Assembly (NCBI GenBank): GCA_041743505.1
Contig: JBGTMQ010000017.1
Span: forward strand, 15,680 to 79,679
Direction: 5' to 3'
Length of the DNA stretch: 64,000 nt
From: Candidatus Saccharimonadia bacterium
Lineage (GTDB): Bacteria > Patescibacteriota > Saccharimonadia > UBA4664
This document shows, one piece after another, positions 59,853 to 64,000 of the stretch (its first letter is position 1; each line of letters starts with the position of its first letter). Below the pieces are notes generated by a model. It had not been told where the DNA came from. It saw only the letters and a list, made by a program, of their open reading frames with translations, and made no database searches. Both the position numbers and the translations under genes were made by a program.

Positions 59853-60680
59853 TCAGACCTTCTTGCCACGAGCATCAAGGATAGCCTTGTTACGCTCACG
59901 GCCTCGGGCCCGGGCTGCCTCATTGCCACGGCGGCCACCACCTCGGACACGAGGCGACTCGGTAAGCCCGCGGACAAATGCCACGAAATCCTCGATGGCG
60001 TCAGCCAGGACCTTGAGCTTCTTCTCGTCGGTGGTGAGCCGGGACTTGGTACTCACGATTCGCACCCACTTGTAGCGGTCATCTCGCCTGAGCAAGTGCT
60101 CGTGCGCATCCCACAGCTCGGAACGCCTGGTTTCGAGCTCGTGCCACCGGCTATCCAATCCTTCCGCAGCCAGCGCATCGGCCTCATCGGCCAATGCCTG
60201 CGCCCGGTAGGCAGCCACCCGCTCCTCAGCGATCCCAACTGCCCGGGTAAGGTCCCGGATGTCAGGATTCTGGGAAAGGAGGATTCGGTAAGGCCAGCCG
60301 CGGCCAATAGCCAGCGGCAGCTCATCCTGGAGCCCGACCAAGTCATTGCAACGCTTCCTCAGTTGAGAAAAGCGGAGCATGCCCTCGCCAATGGTAAGTG
60401 CCCAGCTAACGCTAGAGCGCTTGCTGCGGTCAAAGTCCACGTCGTCTTCGGGCAAATCACCCACAAGCACGTCATGCACCCGACCGTTCACCAACTCAAG
60501 ACCGCCGTCAGCCACGAAGGCTGCATGGCGCTGCCTAAGCTCCGCGGCGGCCGGAACAGGCGGCGGCTTGCGCTTGGACTTGCATCCGGTCCCGGGCTTG
60601 GTCACCGCGCCGTTCACGGCGGGAGCCTTGGGGCCAGGCTTCGCCACGGTGGCGGGATCAACGACAGTAGAAGTGGTCAT
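59853..60680 (-). CDS. Hypothetical protein, paralog A
   Basis: AAAGGA SD; AFVADGGLELVNGRV. Confidence 0.7.
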   Translation of the reverse strand: MTTSTVVDPATVAKPGPKAPAVNGAVTKPGTGCKSKRKPPPVPAAAELRQRHAAFVADGGLELVNGRVHDVLVGDLPEDDVDFDRSKRSSVSWALTIGEGMLRFSQLRKRCNDLVGLQDELPLAIGRGWPYRILLSQNPDIRDLTRAVGIAEERVAAYRAQALADEADALAAEGLDSRWHELETRRSELWDAHEHLLRRDDRYKWVRIVSTKSRLTTDEKKLKVLADAIEDFVAFVRGLTESPRVRGGGRRGNEAARARGRERNKAILDARGKKV

Positions 60681-60799
60681 CGGGACCAGTCCTTTCAGTA
60701 GTACTACACGTGTTGTCAGGGTAACACCCGGCGAAAACAAAGTTTCCGTAGGGAATTAAACATCATAGCATAAGTAATTTAACTTGTCAATAGCTAAAG

Positions 60800-60932
60800 A
60801 CCTGAGTCTCAAACCCCCTAGCAATATTGGGTTACACGTTATGAAAGGTGCTTATATAAGTTACTTTCATAACGTGTAAAGACATAATGGCACCCTTCTT
60901 GGCCGGTCAATGTTAAGCTTTTAGACTCAGGT
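60800..60932. repeat. Nested palindromic (MITE-like) element
   Basis: Outer IR acctgagtct/agactcaggt; inner perfect 16-bp IR at 60832-60847 and 60864-60879. Confidence 0.6.
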
Positions 60933-60944
60933 TTAAAGATCAAG

Positions 60945-61730
60945 CTACTGATAATACCGGTGCGGCGCATGAACCCGCGATTCATAATCCGCATGAAGCG
61001 CCTGCCGCACCTCACGGCGCAGAATATCCAGCCCGCGCCGGGTTATCCGAAAGTCCTCAATCGCTTCCCGCGGCACCGACACCTCCAGATGCAGGTGACC
61101 GTGCTTGCGAATCGTCAAAGGCCGGTACAAGCCGCTCTTGGCATCAATAGTCACCAGATCCCCCTGCCAGTGAGCGACGAAATCATACCCGGTCAAATCC
61201 TCGTCCACCGTAGCATAACGCGAGCCTTCCAGCTCCGGCAGCCCCATTATCGCAGCGTGCAGCGCCACTTCCGACACCGCCCCCGTAATCTCGCCCACTA
61301 CCCAGCTATGCACACCCAAGCTCGCCCGGGTTAGCCAGTCCGTCAGCTCATGGCGGTTCAATTGGTCGCCGTACCGGGCAATCAGCCCCCGCAACAAATG
61401 ATTGTAAATACAGGCCTCACGCCGCAGCATCTCATAGTGATGACCTACCGCCACCCTGCCCTCGTGGTTCAAGTCCCCGTGATGCAGTTGCTCCCGGTCT
61501 TCATCCAGCTGCCGCTGCGTAGTAGCCTGCCGCCGCCCGTCCGCAATAATCTCGCTAAACCGGCGCAGATCCTCGCCCGGCTCATGCTCCACAAATCGCT
61601 CCCAGAGCTGCGTCTGCGCCTCACTCAGCCCCACCTGCGGCCGGAGTACCTCCAGCAGCCCGATAATTGCTTCGGCCCGCTGCTCAAAGTCCCAATGCTG
61701 CAAATGCCGTGTTGCTGTTCCGATAGCCAT
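60945..61730 (-). CDS. Hypothetical protein with PD-(D/E)xK-like C-terminus
   Basis: E...EDLTGYDFV......TIDAKS. Confidence 0.6.
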   Translation of the reverse strand: MAIGTATRHLQHWDFEQRAEAIIGLLEVLRPQVGLSEAQTQLWERFVEHEPGEDLRRFSEIIADGRRQATTQRQLDEDREQLHHGDLNHEGRVAVGHHYEMLRREACIYNHLLRGLIARYGDQLNRHELTDWLTRASLGVHSWVVGEITGAVSEVALHAAIMGLPELEGSRYATVDEDLTGYDFVAHWQGDLVTIDAKSGLYRPLTIRKHGHLHLEVSVPREAIEDFRITRRGLDILRREVRQALHADYESRVHAPHRYYQ

Positions 61731-62334
61731 AACTACTACTAGCGTACCTCGGCGCGGGCCCAAAAGAAAGTGCGTACAATCAAACCAAAGATCGTACGCA
61801 CCAGCAGCATTTAATTTAAACCCGCGTACCCCGCCGCCCGCAACCGGCAAGCAGAGCAGGCCCAAGTGTGTCCCACTAATGCCTGCCAGGCCATAAAAGC
61901 CAACTCTGGATCCGCTTCCGGATCAGACACCGGCGGAGACACGTAAATACCCTCAAGCACCTCCGCACACAGCGGCTCAAGCGGATAATGCTGTTGTAAT
62001 GCGACATCAATCCGGTCAGTTATCATTCACTTCCTCTCACGGGCCCGGGATCACACAAAACCGCCCTCAGACCATTGCACAAAGCCAAAATCTGTGCAAT
62101 AGTTACTCGGCACTATTGCAGACACCACCAAAGGAGGCCAGTTGCAATGGCAAACCAGCCTGGCCCCCACGACGGGGACCAAACTGACCCGCTCACCCGG
62201 GAAGCCACAGAATTGCAAGAATTGCTCGACACCGAATTGCCCCTAATGCTGGATGTAAACAACCTCGACCCAACCGGCATCTCTGCAACCGTTCAAGAAC
62301 CAATCAATCCCTAGCGGCTTCGTCAGAAGCCTCC

Positions 62335-63756
62335 CTACCCGCGGGCAGCCCTGGCTGCCCGTTTTTCATTCAATCGTGACACCAAAGCCCGCTCAATCCC
62401 GGCAGACAATTCAGCAACCCTCTGAGCCCCACCCGAAATCTTGCGGCGTCGGTACACTAATGCCTTCACAATATCATCAGTCTTGCGCTCACTATCTACC
62501 ATCATTACCACCCGGTGATCATAACCCTCACCCTTACCTGCCTCCGAACCTTTAACCTGAATAGGAATGATTCCAACCCCACGCTCACTCTTAACAACCA
62601 CTTCGGTATCATACGAGTGGCGCGGCTGGTGGTTGGGCAACATCCCATCCTTCGGCCAGTCCTGCCGGGGAAAGGCCTGGTGAGCGTAATGGGTGTCATA
62701 AAGCCCTTTTTGCTTACTTGGATTTTCCCGGTTTAAATACCGCTCACGCAGTAACCACAACACCGATAACTCAACTTCCCGCCCCCGCAACACTGCTTGC
62801 TTAGACTGATCCAGTTTGGTCCGGGCCGCGTTAGTGGCCTCCAGGAGGGCGCCTAGGCTATCCTGGGCGCCCTTCGCCAGCTCATGAGCCTGAACCGTCA
62901 ATTCTTCGTCGCCTTTACTCCTGGCTTCCGTTAGCATACGCCCGGCTTGACGCAATTGAAGATCAGACAAATATACCTTAGCCAGATACGCTTCCTGGCT
63001 ATCCGGTGAACCCTTAGCCAGAGCCTCAAACCGGCTCCACGCCTCCTGCTCGTATTGCTCCTGCCGGACAGTATCTGGAGTCTGTGACCGGTCATTGATT
63101 AGACTTGCCTCCATGAGCATACAGCCGGAGTATAATTGTTGCTCTTCGGGTGGATACTCGGCTCGTTTCTTTCGGTCAACCGGTAGGTCGGCCGCGTACA
63201 CCAGCATCTCCTCAGCTCCCTCAAGCCGCGATAAGGCACCGAGACGCAGGTACCACTCACTAGCCGTATCAAGGCTAGCTCCAGACCTGAACATCTCTGC
63301 CTGAGCTTGCTCAAGTCGCCTTTGATTATTCCGGCAAATTTCCGCTAAGACCGCGTCCTCTTCCTGGTTCTGCTCCTGCGTCGTGCGCCAATAATTACCA
63401 TAAGCGCGCGGATTATCCTTTTGTTCTCTTTCCTTCTGCAAGGCCATATCTCGACGCTCAGTTGCACCCTGGATCCGCTCGTCATGTCTGTAAACAGTCG
63501 AAAGCGCCGGGTAGAGTTCATCAAATAGCTTTTCGTGTTGTTCTGCGCTCAACCCGTGTGAAAATTCTGGATCAGTCAACACTTCTAGTTCTTCAACGTT
63601 CTTCGGGTTGAAGGTCAGCCTAATATCAGCCCGCTCATTCGGATCCGTCGTTGCCCGCAATAAATCTTCTTCATATTGCGGAAATTCATCGAGATTATAG
63701 GGACTAACCGCCGGACGCCGTCCTGGCTCTTGATCACTTGACGCTTTTTCACTCAT
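62335..63756 (-). CDS. Hypothetical helical protein with PD-(D/E)xK-like (QxK) C-terminus
   Basis: GREVE...D...SYDTEV...IPIQVKG. Confidence 0.65.
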   Translation of the reverse strand: MSEKASSDQEPGRRPAVSPYNLDEFPQYEEDLLRATTDPNERADIRLTFNPKNVEELEVLTDPEFSHGLSAEQHEKLFDELYPALSTVYRHDERIQGATERRDMALQKEREQKDNPRAYGNYWRTTQEQNQEEDAVLAEICRNNQRRLEQAQAEMFRSGASLDTASEWYLRLGALSRLEGAEEMLVYAADLPVDRKKRAEYPPEEQQLYSGCMLMEASLINDRSQTPDTVRQEQYEQEAWSRFEALAKGSPDSQEAYLAKVYLSDLQLRQAGRMLTEARSKGDEELTVQAHELAKGAQDSLGALLEATNAARTKLDQSKQAVLRGREVELSVLWLLRERYLNRENPSKQKGLYDTHYAHQAFPRQDWPKDGMLPNHQPRHSYDTEVVVKSERGVGIIPIQVKGSEAGKGEGYDHRVVMMVDSERKTDDIVKALVYRRRKISGGAQRVAELSAGIERALVSRLNEKRAARAARG

Positions 63757-63787
63757 GGCTTAAGCCTAGCATAATCTCAATCAGACA

Positions 63788-63816
63788 CAAAAAAGCCGCT
63801 AAATGCGGCTTTTTTG
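63788..63816. terminator. Bidirectional intrinsic terminator
   Basis: aaaaaagccgc-taaat-gcggctttttt. Confidence 0.8.
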
Positions 63817-63852
63817 TCAGTAACGAGTCTGGCTGCTACATCAGGCCTGGAC

Positions 63853-64000
63853 TTACTGCCAAGTCCAATAGTTACGGCCGTTAGCCTGCCAAACAATCTT
63901 GCCCGGCTGGACCAAGTCGTAATTCACCACCTTAAACGCCATGCCCAAGTCTTTAGCCAAATAATTGTCACGGTTCAGGGTCAGCGCAAACGCGTGCTGG
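63853..64000 (-). CDS. 3' end of an unidentified CDS (runs off window)
   Basis: Open frame ...QHAFALTLNRDNYLAK...NYWTWQ* before the terminator. Confidence 0.55.
   Translation of the reverse strand, partial: QHAFALTLNRDNYLAKDLGMAFKVVNYDLVQPGKIVWQANGRNYWTWQ

Overview
Bacterial chromosome segment, most likely from a Candidate Phyla Radiation (Saccharibacteria-like) genome. This is an inference from gene content, protein style and promoter architecture, not a database result. A housekeeping backbone (rpsF 5' end, recX, recA, HelD-like helicase, yajQ, RodZ-like, ftsK, rnj, family-4 UDG, pnp, rpsO, truB, rpsT, holA, mutM, polA, purF, rpoD, dnaG, mutY, msrB, tRNA-Ser, PGI/PMI) is interleaved with small accessory islets: an IS1595 remnant, tandem pyrE paralogs, two Rpf-type lytic transglycosylases, Actinobacteria-style secreted proteins and several paralog arrays. 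The top observation is at 34.5-35.95 kb: two tandem transcription units whose small membrane-protein ORFs differ but share a conserved RNA frame. The frame is a sigma70 promoter, a 5' leader, and a 129-bp 3' repeat ending in a complete type III hammerhead ribozyme; 15 nt of the leader are perfectly complementary to the sequence just upstream of the cleavage site. Other candidates are a ~390-nt highly structured region after an Rpf gene with repeated UGCA-loop hairpins, a covarying leader motif plus a triplicated terminator at 52.6-57.9 kb, loss of Fe-S cysteine ligands in three enzymes, and pervasive leaderless promoters. No CRISPR array or rRNA was seen.
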